Below are positions 19,904 through 28,971 of a DNA stretch of 43,678 bases, piece by piece. A program made the position numbers and the translations under genes. Position 1 is the first letter of the stretch. Each line of letters starts with the position of its first letter. The stretch covers positions 13,076 to 56,753 of the forward strand of contig DAITNH010000001.1 in the NCBI GenBank assembly GCA_036834745.1. The letters are read 5' to 3'. The notes beneath the pieces are model-generated. The model was not told where the DNA came from. It saw only the letters and a list, made by a program, of their open reading frames with translations, and ran no database searches. The DNA is from Prolixibacteraceae bacterium. GTDB taxonomy: Bacteria; Bacteroidota; Bacteroidia; Bacteroidales; Prolixibacteraceae.

Positions 19904-22582
19904 ATGATGCAAATTCAGAAATTTTTCATCACCGCCCTGTTAGTTATCGCTGTTTTTACTTCTCTTCAGGCACAGCCGGTAAAAAAAAGCAGAGAACAAA
20001 AAAAACATTTGAGCAGCTATGAGGATAAAACCCTTTCGCCAAACGATAATCCCAATCTTTTACCATACAACCGCTACATTTCCCCTGCAGGAACCCAGAT
20101 TTATTTTGGCAATCCGGAACAGGAAAACCATGCGCTGGATGTGGCACTTTCGCCCGACGAGAAATGGATTGCGGTTGAAGGCCGTTACGAAGTGGTAGTT
20201 ATTTCTACTGAAACCGGAAAGATGGTGGATAACCTTTCGATGAAAGGCATGATCAAAGATCAGAATATTATGAACACCTTCTCAGGAATTAGCTGGCTTC
20301 AGGAAGGAAATCAATACAAATTATTTTGGGGAGCCGTTGGCAACAAGCAATATTCCTATGTACTTACAGCCAGTTGGGATGGTAAAAAAATCACCGGCGC
20401 AGATCTGTATTCCTTTGAATTGGTTAAACCTGCAGAAACAGCGCTGCCAAACGAAGTGCTGATTCAGAAAGAAGACGGTAAAAATTATCTTTATGTGGTT
20501 TTGAACGGTAACAACACTGTGGTAAAACTTGATATTGCCACCAAAGAAAAAATATGGACCAGCCAGGTGGGGATTGCCCCTTTCGGAATTACCAAAGCAA
20601 ATGGGAAAATATATGTAACCAACTGGGCAGGAGCTGTTCCCGACAGTTCCGATCCTGACGTTGCCGGAGTTCCATGGGGCAGCGCTAAGGTTGATCCTGT
20701 AAATGGTTCAACCCGCGAAGGAACTGTATCAGTTTTAGACCCAAAAACAGGTATTGTACTGAAAGAATTTACTGTTGGATTGCATCCAAACGACATCGTT
20801 GCAAGTGCCAATGAAAAACATGTTTTTGTTGCCAATGCCAACAGCGATTTTGTAAACTCAATTTCAACTCAAACCGATGAGATAACTGAAACTATTTCAG
20901 TCAGGCTAAAGGCTGAAGACAATCCGTTTTGGGGAGATTCTCCCAACGGCCTTGGACTTTCGAAAGACGGGCAGATTTTATATGTGGCAAATGGCATGGA
21001 CAATGCACTTGCCGTAATCGAACTGGGTAAAAAATCAGGAGGAAATACTACGGAAATTAACAGCGAAATTGAAGGTTTTATCCCAACCGGGGCTTATCCG
21101 GGTGCAGTTGCCGTGACGAGCAATAACCAAATATTTGTAGCCAATATTGAAGCTGAGGGTGCGAATATCCCATCAGAAAGCAAGGGTCCTACAAAGCGTT
21201 CCTATAATTCACACAAGCAAATGGCGTCTGTTTCAATCATTCAGGTGCCAAACGACAAGCAGCTTAAAGCTTATACCAAAAAGGTGGAAGAATACAACCA
21301 GCTATTCAGACTGGCCTTGTTGGAAAAAATGCCGCGTAAAAATGCAAAACCAGTCTGTGTTCCTGAACGTATCGGAGAGCCTTCCGTTTTCAAACATGTA
21401 CTTTATATCATCAAAGAAAACCGCACCTACGACCAGATTTTGGGCGATATGAAGAAGGGTGACGGAGATTCGACCCTGACCATTTTCGGAAAGAAGGTAA
21501 CACCCAATACCCATAAAATAAGTGACGAATTTATGCTTCTGGATAACTTTTATGTCTCCGGAAAATGTTCTGCTGAGGGCCACCAATGGACTGACGCTTC
21601 CATCGTGACCGATTACATTGAAAAAGATGTGCGTGCATGGATTCGCAGCTATCCGCATGTTCAGGAAGATGCGTTGGTTTATGCCCCAACAGGATTTATC
21701 TGGGACAATGCTTTGAAACATGGAAAAAAAACGGTCATTTACGGAGAAGCCTCCGTTCCTGAATATGACAACAAACATACCTGGACCAGCATTTACAATG
21801 GTTTTCTGAAAAAAGAGAAATTCGAGTTTAAGAATGTTACCACCATAAAACCTGTTGAAGCAATTTTAAGCAAAACATATCCATCTTATGACAATCACCG
21901 GATTCCGGATGTGTTGAGGGCAGAAGCTTTTATTCAGGAATTGAAAGCATACGAACAAATGGAAGGTGATCAACTGCCCGAATTAATGGTAATGGCCCTG
22001 CCAAACGACCATACGGGCGGAACACGTCCGGGTTTACCAACTCCGCGTGCAATGGTGGCCGACAACGACCTGGCACTTGGACAAATTATTGAAGCACTTT
22101 CGAAAAGTAAATTCTGGGGAAATACGGTTGTTTTTGTAACTGAAGACGACTCGCAATCAGGCTGGGACCACGTTTCCGCCTACCGCACTGTTGGGATGGT
22201 CATCAGTCCTTATTCACGGACAGGCGAAGTGATTCGCACCAATTACAACCAACCATCGATTGTACGCACCATCGAGCAAATTTTAGGTATTCCGCCGATG
22301 AACATCATGGATGCAACTGCTTCTCCTATGTTCGACTGTTTCTCCAATAAGGTTGATATGACTCCTTTCCAGTCAGTAAAAAATCAGATTCCTTTGGATG
22401 AAATGAATCCTGCTTTGAGCGCCTTAAAGGGCGATGCCCTTCATTTTGCTAAAAAAAGTATGGAACCACAATTCGACGGAATTGACTCGGGTGATGATGA
22501 TCTCTTTAACCGCATCCTCTGGTTTGCCATGAAAGGCAAAGAGAAATACCCAAAGAAATTTAGCGGAAAAGATGAAGATTGA
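19904..22582 (+). CDS. Bifunctional YncE/YVTN beta-propeller + phosphoesterase (alkaline-phosphatase-like) protein
   Basis: Signal peptide; YVTN-type repeats ('IYVTNW', 'VGLHPND', 'LYVANG'); 'HVLYIIKENRTYDQ', 'LPNDHT', 'EDDSQSGWDHV'. Confidence 0.88.
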   Translation: MMQIQKFFITALLVIAVFTSLQAQPVKKSREQKKHLSSYEDKTLSPNDNPNLLPYNRYISPAGTQIYFGNPEQENHALDVALSPDEKWIAVEGRYEVVVISTETGKMVDNLSMKGMIKDQNIMNTFSGISWLQEGNQYKLFWGAVGNKQYSYVLTASWDGKKITGADLYSFELVKPAETALPNEVLIQKEDGKNYLYVVLNGNNTVVKLDIATKEKIWTSQVGIAPFGITKANGKIYVTNWAGAVPDSSDPDVAGVPWGSAKVDPVNGSTREGTVSVLDPKTGIVLKEFTVGLHPNDIVASANEKHVFVANANSDFVNSISTQTDEITETISVRLKAEDNPFWGDSPNGLGLSKDGQILYVANGMDNALAVIELGKKSGGNTTEINSEIEGFIPTGAYPGAVAVTSNNQIFVANIEAEGANIPSESKGPTKRSYNSHKQMASVSIIQVPNDKQLKAYTKKVEEYNQLFRLALLEKMPRKNAKPVCVPERIGEPSVFKHVLYIIKENRTYDQILGDMKKGDGDSTLTIFGKKVTPNTHKISDEFMLLDNFYVSGKCSAEGHQWTDASIVTDYIEKDVRAWIRSYPHVQEDALVYAPTGFIWDNALKHGKKTVIYGEASVPEYDNKHTWTSIYNGFLKKEKFEFKNVTTIKPVEAILSKTYPSYDNHRIPDVLRAEAFIQELKAYEQMEGDQLPELMVMALPNDHTGGTRPGLPTPRAMVADNDLALGQIIEALSKSKFWGNTVVFVTEDDSQSGWDHVSAYRTVGMVISPYSRTGEVIRTNYNQPSIVRTIEQILGIPPMNIMDATASPMFDCFSNKVDMTPFQSVKNQIPLDEMNPALSALKGDALHFAKKSMEPQFDGIDSGDDDLFNRILWFAMKGKEKYPKKFSGKDED

Positions 22583-22675
22583 CACCGCAAATTTTCAATG
22601 TGTTTTTTAAAATACTGAAAGCATTTCAGTTGCATTTGTTCCTCCTAAACTAACTAAACCAATTATAACAAAACT

Positions 22676-24079
22676 ATGGAAAGCAACAGACGGAATTTTT
22701 TAAAACTATCAGGACTGGCTGGAATTGGCCTGATCAGCAGTAATTTTTCTCAGGCCAATACTTCAGAAATTATAGGCAAAAGGAAATCCGATAAAACTCC
22801 GGTTCAACACTTCAACATGAGCGGATACGCCGCACCTAAATTGGATAAAGTACGGATTGGCTTTATTGGTCTGGGCAACCGTGGCCCCGGTGCAGTTGAC
22901 CGCATGAGTCATATTGAAGGTGTCGAAATTAAAGGACTGTGCGACATTCGCACTGAACGGATTGATTTGATCAGGAAAAAACTTGCCGGTAGCATCCACA
23001 GTCCGGTTACTTATTCAGGAGAAGAAGATGCCTGGAAACAGTTATGCGAACGCGATGATATTGACCTGATTTACATCGCAACTCCGTGGAATTTGCACAC
23101 AACAATGGCTGTGTATGCCATGAATCATGGGAAGCATGTTTGTACTGAAGTTCCTGCTGCCACAACCCTTGAAGAATGCTGGCAATTGGTTGAAGCTTCG
23201 GAGCGCAATAAAAAGCACTGTATGATGCTCGAAAATTGTTGCTACGATTTTTTCGAATTGCTCACTTTAAACATGGCCCGTCAGGGATTTTTTGGTGAAA
23301 TTATTCACGGAGAAGGCGCATATATTCACGATCTGCTGGAAGGTAATTTCAGCAAAACAAAATATTACAAACAATGGCGGTTAAAGGAAAATTTCAGGAA
23401 TGGAAACCTTTATCCAACCCACGGACTGGGCCCGATTTGCCAGGTAATGGACATCAACCGCGGCGATCAGATGGATTATCTGGTATCTGTTTCTTCCAAT
23501 GATTTTATGATGGCACAAACTGCAAAAAAGCTTGCAGCTGAAGATGATTTCTACAAGGAACTGGCAACCAAATCCTATCGTGGAAACATGAATACAACCA
23601 CCATCAAAACCATGAAAGGCCGCACCATCCTGCTGCAACACGATGTCAGTTCTCCCCGACCCTACTCGCGCCTTCACATGGTTAGCGGAACCAAAGCCCA
23701 GGCAAGCAAATATCCTGAACCTGCCAGAATTTCAAATGGTCACGAATGGTTTTCAGCAGAAGAAATGAAAAAACTTGAACAAACCTATGCTCCACCGATT
23801 ATCACCCGGATCGGAGAATTGGCTAAAAAAGTGGGTGGCCACGGCGGCATGGATTTTATGATGGACTGGCGGACAATTGACTGTTTGCGCAACGGACTTC
23901 CACTCGATCAGGATGTTTATGATGCGGCCTTGTGGAGTTCTATCGCCCCACTCAGTGAAAAATCGGTGGCAAACCGGTCGCAGTCCATTGACGTTCCTGA
24001 TTTTACCTGCGGCGCATGGAAAAAGAACCAACCAGTGGATATTTCGTTAAAAGACGGTGGAACGACCCAGGTAATCTGA
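22676..24079 (+). CDS. Gfo/Idh/MocA-family NAD-dependent glycoside hydrolase (GH109-like), Tat-exported
   Basis: Tat motif 'RRNFLK'; 'GFIGLGNRG', 'YIATPW', 'MMLENCCY', 'YPTHGLGP', 'GGHGGMD'. Confidence 0.88.
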   Translation: MESNRRNFLKLSGLAGIGLISSNFSQANTSEIIGKRKSDKTPVQHFNMSGYAAPKLDKVRIGFIGLGNRGPGAVDRMSHIEGVEIKGLCDIRTERIDLIRKKLAGSIHSPVTYSGEEDAWKQLCERDDIDLIYIATPWNLHTTMAVYAMNHGKHVCTEVPAATTLEECWQLVEASERNKKHCMMLENCCYDFFELLTLNMARQGFFGEIIHGEGAYIHDLLEGNFSKTKYYKQWRLKENFRNGNLYPTHGLGPICQVMDINRGDQMDYLVSVSSNDFMMAQTAKKLAAEDDFYKELATKSYRGNMNTTTIKTMKGRTILLQHDVSSPRPYSRLHMVSGTKAQASKYPEPARISNGHEWFSAEEMKKLEQTYAPPIITRIGELAKKVGGHGGMDFMMDWRTIDCLRNGLPLDQDVYDAALWSSIAPLSEKSVANRSQSIDVPDFTCGAWKKNQPVDISLKDGGTTQVI

Positions 24080-24124
24080 TCACTCAGCACGCGATCAATC
24101 CAACCCGCTTAATAATTTTTAAAA

Positions 24125-25744
24125 TCATCGTTTCAATATCTCGTCCAGCGAAATCTTCTGAAAAACCAAGTCGGCCTGACTGCTTTCGTACACAATGCCG
24201 ATCGTTTTTTCGTCAACCGAAGTGATGCACGAATAACCGCGGCCGCTCAGTTCATCGAGTAAAATCTGGTGGTTTTTGGGCCAGGTTTTGCCATCGTCGA
24301 AACTCACTTTCAGGGTGATTTTTTCCCGTTTGGTCTTCGAGTTGGGATTGACAAACAACAGCAAGCTCTTTTGTTTTCCTTTTTCAGTGTAAACATGCTT
24401 GTGAATGCTTCCCATACAAACCGGCTCAATCAGCGCACCGTGATTGGTCGGATGTACTTGCCATGTTTGCCCCAGATCGCGGGTTACACGAACTGCCCGG
24501 CCATTGGTGGCAGAGTTATCCTGCCGGTTGCGGTTGTCGCGAATATTCAGCATGACTGAACCGTCCGAAAGTTGCACCGCCATATTTTCGGTGGTGCTGG
24601 TACTGGCCGGTTGGCCCACTTTCCACGATTTTCCGTTATCGGTACTCGACATGATGGTTGAAAAAGGTTCGCCGGTGTTGCTGCGTCCCTGTGCCGGAAA
24701 AACGAGCGTTCCGTTATCCAGAACAATGCCATGTCCGGGAGCAGGTGCAAATAACCACCATTCTTTTTGTTTGCATTGTTCTGTCAGGTTAAGCGGTTCT
24801 GTCCAGGTCAACCCGTCGTCGGTGCTTTCTGTCAGCAAAAACTGGGTAGTTTCCTTCACGCCAAAACCAGGCTGAGAGCCTTTTTCCCGCCATTGATGGT
24901 TCCATGCCGTGGAACTTTCAGTCAGCCCTTCCATCCATTTTCCTTCTTTATCCAGAACGCCGTGCATCCAAAGTGCGACCAGATATATTTTTCCTGAATT
25001 TGGATCAGCCAAAATACACGGGTCGCTGATGCCGTTAAACTTTTGCGACAGCCCGCCCCATGTTCCGCGATCCATGGCAATGCGTATTGGTTCCCAGGAT
25101 TCGCCGCCATCGGTACTGCGGCTCAGGCCAATGTCGATATCGCCCTGCAAATCACGACTGCTTTCCCGGCGGGCATCATAAACAGCCAGCAAAGTACCTT
25201 TCGCCGTGGTCGTCAGTCCCGGAATTCGATAAGTATGCACCCCATCGTCATTGTGTTTGCGCAATGCCACTCCCAACCGCAAAGGGTTCAAAGCCTCGCG
25301 CATGATCAGTCCACCACCTTCCGGCGATGTTCGTATGGAAACATCCGCTACTGCCAGTTGGTGAAGTAGATTTACCTTACTTTTCAGCTTTACCGAAAGC
25401 CAGAAAAACCCATTCTCCGGAATCGGAAAATGATCGGAAAAGGTAAGTTCTGATTGTGGCGACAAAGTTGAGCCAAACTGCCTATCTGTGTCAAATTCTT
25501 TGGGATTGGCCGAGTAAAACAGACTCAGTGCATCAATGTCGTTCAGATCAGTTCCCTTTAGTTTAATTTTCACTTCTTCGAGCGACATACCTGCCTGTAT
25601 TTTTTCAGGAATTAGTTTCAGTATCGGGTTGGTATTTTTACCCACCAACACGGGAACCTGCGGTTGTGAAACCAGCATGAAGGATTGCCCGACGGAAGTC
25701 AGTTCCAGAATAAACAACAAAAGAACAATGGATAAATGCCTCAT
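24125..25744 (-). CDS. Exo-alpha-sialidase (GH33) with N-terminal accessory domain
   Basis: 'YRIPG' motif; five Asp boxes (STDGGESW, STDDGLTW, STDNGKSW, TRDLGQTW, SFDDGKTW); C-terminal 'GYS' and 'YE'. Confidence 0.92.
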   Translation of the reverse strand: MRHLSIVLLLFILELTSVGQSFMLVSQPQVPVLVGKNTNPILKLIPEKIQAGMSLEEVKIKLKGTDLNDIDALSLFYSANPKEFDTDRQFGSTLSPQSELTFSDHFPIPENGFFWLSVKLKSKVNLLHQLAVADVSIRTSPEGGGLIMREALNPLRLGVALRKHNDDGVHTYRIPGLTTTAKGTLLAVYDARRESSRDLQGDIDIGLSRSTDGGESWEPIRIAMDRGTWGGLSQKFNGISDPCILADPNSGKIYLVALWMHGVLDKEGKWMEGLTESSTAWNHQWREKGSQPGFGVKETTQFLLTESTDDGLTWTEPLNLTEQCKQKEWWLFAPAPGHGIVLDNGTLVFPAQGRSNTGEPFSTIMSSTDNGKSWKVGQPASTSTTENMAVQLSDGSVMLNIRDNRNRQDNSATNGRAVRVTRDLGQTWQVHPTNHGALIEPVCMGSIHKHVYTEKGKQKSLLLFVNPNSKTKREKITLKVSFDDGKTWPKNHQILLDELSGRGYSCITSVDEKTIGIVYESSQADLVFQKISLDEILKR

Positions 25745-26006
25745 GTCTATAAAATTTTAAATACTTATTTGAATATACTGATATTTTAATCGATTCCTAT
25801 AACTAATTTGCCTCATTACCTGCAAAATGGGTCTTTTAGGAATGTATCAGTAAATTTCAGAACAAAATTATAGCTGCCTCTTCAACTAAGAAGAATACAT
25901 GAAAAATAAGATCAAATTGTTTGATTTTCGTAACTATTGCTTTGAAATTTGTTTGAAATTAAGCGATTGATTAGATTTCTTTGCTGTTTGATAAAACTAA
26001 ACTTTG

Positions 26007-26801
26007 ATGCAGATGAGAAATAACTTTGAGTTGCCCGTAATTAAAACGCTTTTAGTGATTGCTTTTTTTGCTCCTGCCCATTTCTCTTTTTCGCAGGAAA
26101 GTGACAGTATTAAACAAACTGCTCAATTCAACGGGGCTGTAACTCTTACTACCAAAGGAATTTCAACAATACCCAATTTAACACTGGGCAAACCGGCAGT
26201 TATTTTTGATTTATCAATTGGCAAGCGAAAACTCTTTTTCGAACCTCAGCTGCGCTTTGCCCTCGAAGGAAAACCCTGGTCGTTCCTTTTTTGGTGGCGG
26301 TACGAACTTGAAAAATCAGATAAGTTTCTCCTGAAAATAGGGACGCATCCCGCGCTGGCATTCAAAACCATCAAGATTGAAGACAATGGGGAAACAAAAG
26401 AACTGATAAGGGTACAGCGATATTTTGCGGGAGAATTGGCGCCCAGCTATTTCATAAATAAAAATTTCAGTGTTGGCATGTATTACCTTTATTCTTATGG
26501 TATTGAGAAAACCGATATTACAAAACACACTCATTTTATTTCCGTCAGAAGCAATATTTCAAACATCAATATTTCAGACCATATATACATGAGATTGAAT
26601 CCGCAGTTTTACTACTTGAAAATGGATGCTTTCGACGGAACTTATTTCAACGGCACTTTAGCTTTTTCGAAGCGTAATTTTCCGCTGTCGGTGTCAGCGT
26701 TGGTCAACAAGGCAATTCATACCAGAATTCCGGTTGGCGAAGATTTTATCTGGAACATCAGCCTGATATATAATTTCAGTAAGAAGTATTTAGAAATTTA
26801 G
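26007..26801 (+). CDS. Hypothetical outer-membrane beta-barrel-type protein
   Basis: Signal peptide, alternating aromatic beta-strand pattern, 'WNISLIYNF' near the C-terminus; start uncertain (26004/26007/26013). Confidence 0.7.
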   Translation: MQMRNNFELPVIKTLLVIAFFAPAHFSFSQESDSIKQTAQFNGAVTLTTKGISTIPNLTLGKPAVIFDLSIGKRKLFFEPQLRFALEGKPWSFLFWWRYELEKSDKFLLKIGTHPALAFKTIKIEDNGETKELIRVQRYFAGELAPSYFINKNFSVGMYYLYSYGIEKTDITKHTHFISVRSNISNINISDHIYMRLNPQFYYLKMDAFDGTYFNGTLAFSKRNFPLSVSALVNKAIHTRIPVGEDFIWNISLIYNFSKKYLEI

Positions 26802-26852
26802 TCGCTAATATTGGTCAATTCATACATACCATCAAATCAACTGAAAAACGAA

Positions 26853-27046
26853 ATGGACAAAATTGAAACAATAGAAAAATTTTATAAACGGAAATTCGAT
26901 TGGATGCCTGAAAATATCAAAAATGAGATCGGGCATTTCAATGTTCTGAAATTGCTTACGCACTTGGCTTCACCGAAGTCACCCATTTCAATAATTTTTT
27001 CAAGAAGCATACCCTGATCAGTCCGATGAAATTCAGAAATACTTGA
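26853..27046 (+). pseudogene. AraC-family regulator pseudogene with a large internal deletion and frameshift
   Basis: 26853-26945 encodes 'MDKIETIEKFYKRKFDWMPENIKNEIGHFNV'; 26945-27046 in another frame encodes the AraC C-terminal HTH 'SEIAYALGFTEVTHFNNFFKKHTLISPMKFRNT*'. Confidence 0.85.
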
Positions 27047-27345
27047 ATCATGTTTTTTCTTGTTGATCTTTTGTATCGTTTACATTTTTGTAATCTTCAA
27101 ATTTTTAAAAATGGTGAAGCAGACCTAATTCCGTAAAAAAAACGCTATCATTCTTCAAGCATCCAGGCAATTAGCACCTTCATAAATTGAAAATTGTCCT
27201 TGCCTTTCTATATGCCGGAAGTGCCATCCGGAATTTCTAATTTAACCCCGCCGATAAACAATTCTTCGGCAAATATGGTTAGCTTGCCTCCATTTCTTTC
27301 AAAATTCACAATTAATTCTCTCTATATTTTCTTCTTTAGTAAAAC

Positions 27346-28017
27346 TTAGTTCGTAATCTTTAAATCAGCGAAATAGCCTTCGGTACCCACATCAACCCAC
27401 AAGCCAATTGCTCCGGAAGAATCAGCTCCATGTTTTAAATCGTTGACAATTAAGCATGGTTGAATGGCATCATTTATAAACAACCGAGCCTTTGAACCAT
27501 TAACTGTTATTTTGATTTTAATCCATTCATTAAGTGCCATGTCCGTATATGACTCATATTTTTCGGGTGACTCTTTTCTTAACCTGGAAAAAGGATAATC
27601 AGGAAAAGAGAAATACTGAATGGTGTGGTTTCTTCGTATCTGGTCGTCGGCACGTGCATTGGTCGGGCGGATGTAAATGCTTTCGAATTTGCTGTTATCT
27701 TCATTTATCCGGAACGCAACTCCGATAAAACCTCTTGCAAATTCAGGTGCATCCGGCAAGAGTCTGCTAAATACCGATACTTCGATTGTTCCGTTCTGAA
27801 AATATGTTCCCTTAATTTTAACAAAAGTAGCCTGGTCAACTTCCTTTATCGACGGGTTCTTTGTGACCTTAACTACCTCTTTGCCCATTAGCTTTTCAAG
27901 CGACATGGAAACTTTGCTTGGTTCAAGATTGTCTTTTTCAAGCCTGATGGACTGGGCATTCAGGTTCAATATGTTTAAAGCTAAAATGCCAATGAATAAG
28001 AATCTGTATAGTTTCAT
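27346..28017 (-). CDS. Secreted DUF1080 / 3-keto-disaccharide-hydrolase-like jelly-roll protein
   Basis: Signal peptide from MKLYR (28017); 'FQNGTIEV', 'RGFIGVAFR', 'YIRPTN', 'NEWIKIKITV', 'GAIGLWV...GYFADLKI'. Confidence 0.75.
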   Translation of the reverse strand: MKLYRFLFIGILALNILNLNAQSIRLEKDNLEPSKVSMSLEKLMGKEVVKVTKNPSIKEVDQATFVKIKGTYFQNGTIEVSVFSRLLPDAPEFARGFIGVAFRINEDNSKFESIYIRPTNARADDQIRRNHTIQYFSFPDYPFSRLRKESPEKYESYTDMALNEWIKIKITVNGSKARLFINDAIQPCLIVNDLKHGADSSGAIGLWVDVGTEGYFADLKITN

Positions 28018-28024
28018 TTTCAGT

Positions 28025-28675
28025 TTATTTGTATTCAATTTTAATGGATTTAAAATCAGCATTTAATCCAAATATTCCAACTTTCCCATCCGAAATATTA
28101 TTTAGTTTTTCAACCACCAGGGTTGGTACGTCTGAATCATTTATATACGCTTTTACTTGTTTATCGTCGATGATAAGCGTGAGTTTAAACCACTCATCGG
28201 CTTTCGGCGGATTCGCTATGCCTTTCTCGTAAATGCCGTTATATTTTACCCTCAGTACCTGCCAGTCCAATTTTGGGAAAAAGGCATACTGAATCATGTG
28301 AATCCTTCGGAGCGAATCCGATGTCTGGAAGTTAAACGGACGGCTATAAACCAAATCGAAGATGCTGTCGCTCTGGGCATGAAAAACCAGACCGGCAAAA
28401 CTTCCCTGAAAGATGTCTTTTCCCCTAACCAGCGCTTCAATCTTTCCGCGTTTAAAATCGTCAACCGGCAGCAGAATAGCAGATCCAACCATCGACTTTC
28501 CCAACCGGATAAATTCCCCGGATTCATCTCTTTCAATGGTAATCACTCTGTTCTTTGCAATTAGTTGACCATTCCTAAACAAGTCGGCAAAATTGAATTC
28601 AATCACTTTTTGGCCAAATAATATATTTGGGAAAATGACGATTGCCATTAGCCACAGTATTGCCAGCTTTTTCAT
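28025..28675 (-). CDS. Second DUF1080-like secreted protein (paralog of the downstream gene)
   Basis: Signal peptide; 'FKRGKIE', 'SFAGLVFH', 'YSRPFNF', 'RRIHMIQY', 'DEWFKLTL', 'GKVGIF' parallel the neighbour's motifs. Confidence 0.7.
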   Translation of the reverse strand: MKKLAILWLMAIVIFPNILFGQKVIEFNFADLFRNGQLIAKNRVITIERDESGEFIRLGKSMVGSAILLPVDDFKRGKIEALVRGKDIFQGSFAGLVFHAQSDSIFDLVYSRPFNFQTSDSLRRIHMIQYAFFPKLDWQVLRVKYNGIYEKGIANPPKADEWFKLTLIIDDKQVKAYINDSDVPTLVVEKLNNISDGKVGIFGLNADFKSIKIEYK

Positions 28676-28722
28676 TAGCTTAATTTTTTAGTTATCAGCA
28701 TTTACATGTCTGTTGATTAGTG

Positions 28723-28765
28723 AATTAGCATGATTGGAAAAGTGTTATTCTGAATCATGCTAATT
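28723..28765. other. Hairpin with a 13-bp perfect stem
   Basis: AATTAGCATGATT-ggaaaagtgttattctg-AATCATGCTAATT. Confidence 0.7.
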
Positions 28766-28778
28766 TCATTACTGTATC

Positions 28779-28909
28779 CTAATGTTGCGTAAGTTTGGCC
28801 TTGTCAAGTTCCAGTCACCCCGAATTTATTTCGGGATCTCATCCTATTTTGGGATGACGAAACAAGTTCGGCATGACGATCCGTAAAAAGCTCGTTAACA
28901 CAACACTAG
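28779..28909. mobile_element. MITE-like element (about 131 bp) enclosing a GTCA...TGAC REP-like double hairpin (28814-28877)
   Basis: Terminal IRs CTAATGTTGCGTAAG / TTAACACAACACTAG (11/15); internal GTCACCCCGAATTTATTTCGGGATCT...GACGAAACAAGTTCGGCATGAC; no ORF. Confidence 0.55.
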
Positions 28910-28971
28910 TAAATTGCTCAGAATTTAAATCCGGATTAAAATAATCAGTAATTTTTCTGAAAGCATTCACA

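Noticed and set aside
26811..27017. 68-aa ORF as an intact small protein
   Set aside because: It is a read-through of the AraC pseudogene deletion junction into the wrong frame.
27210..27325. Short minus-strand frame 'VNFERNGGKLTIFAEELFIGGVKLEIPDGTSGI*'
   Set aside because: Protein-like but under 40 codons, with no convincing start or recognisable family; possibly a remnant but unsupported.
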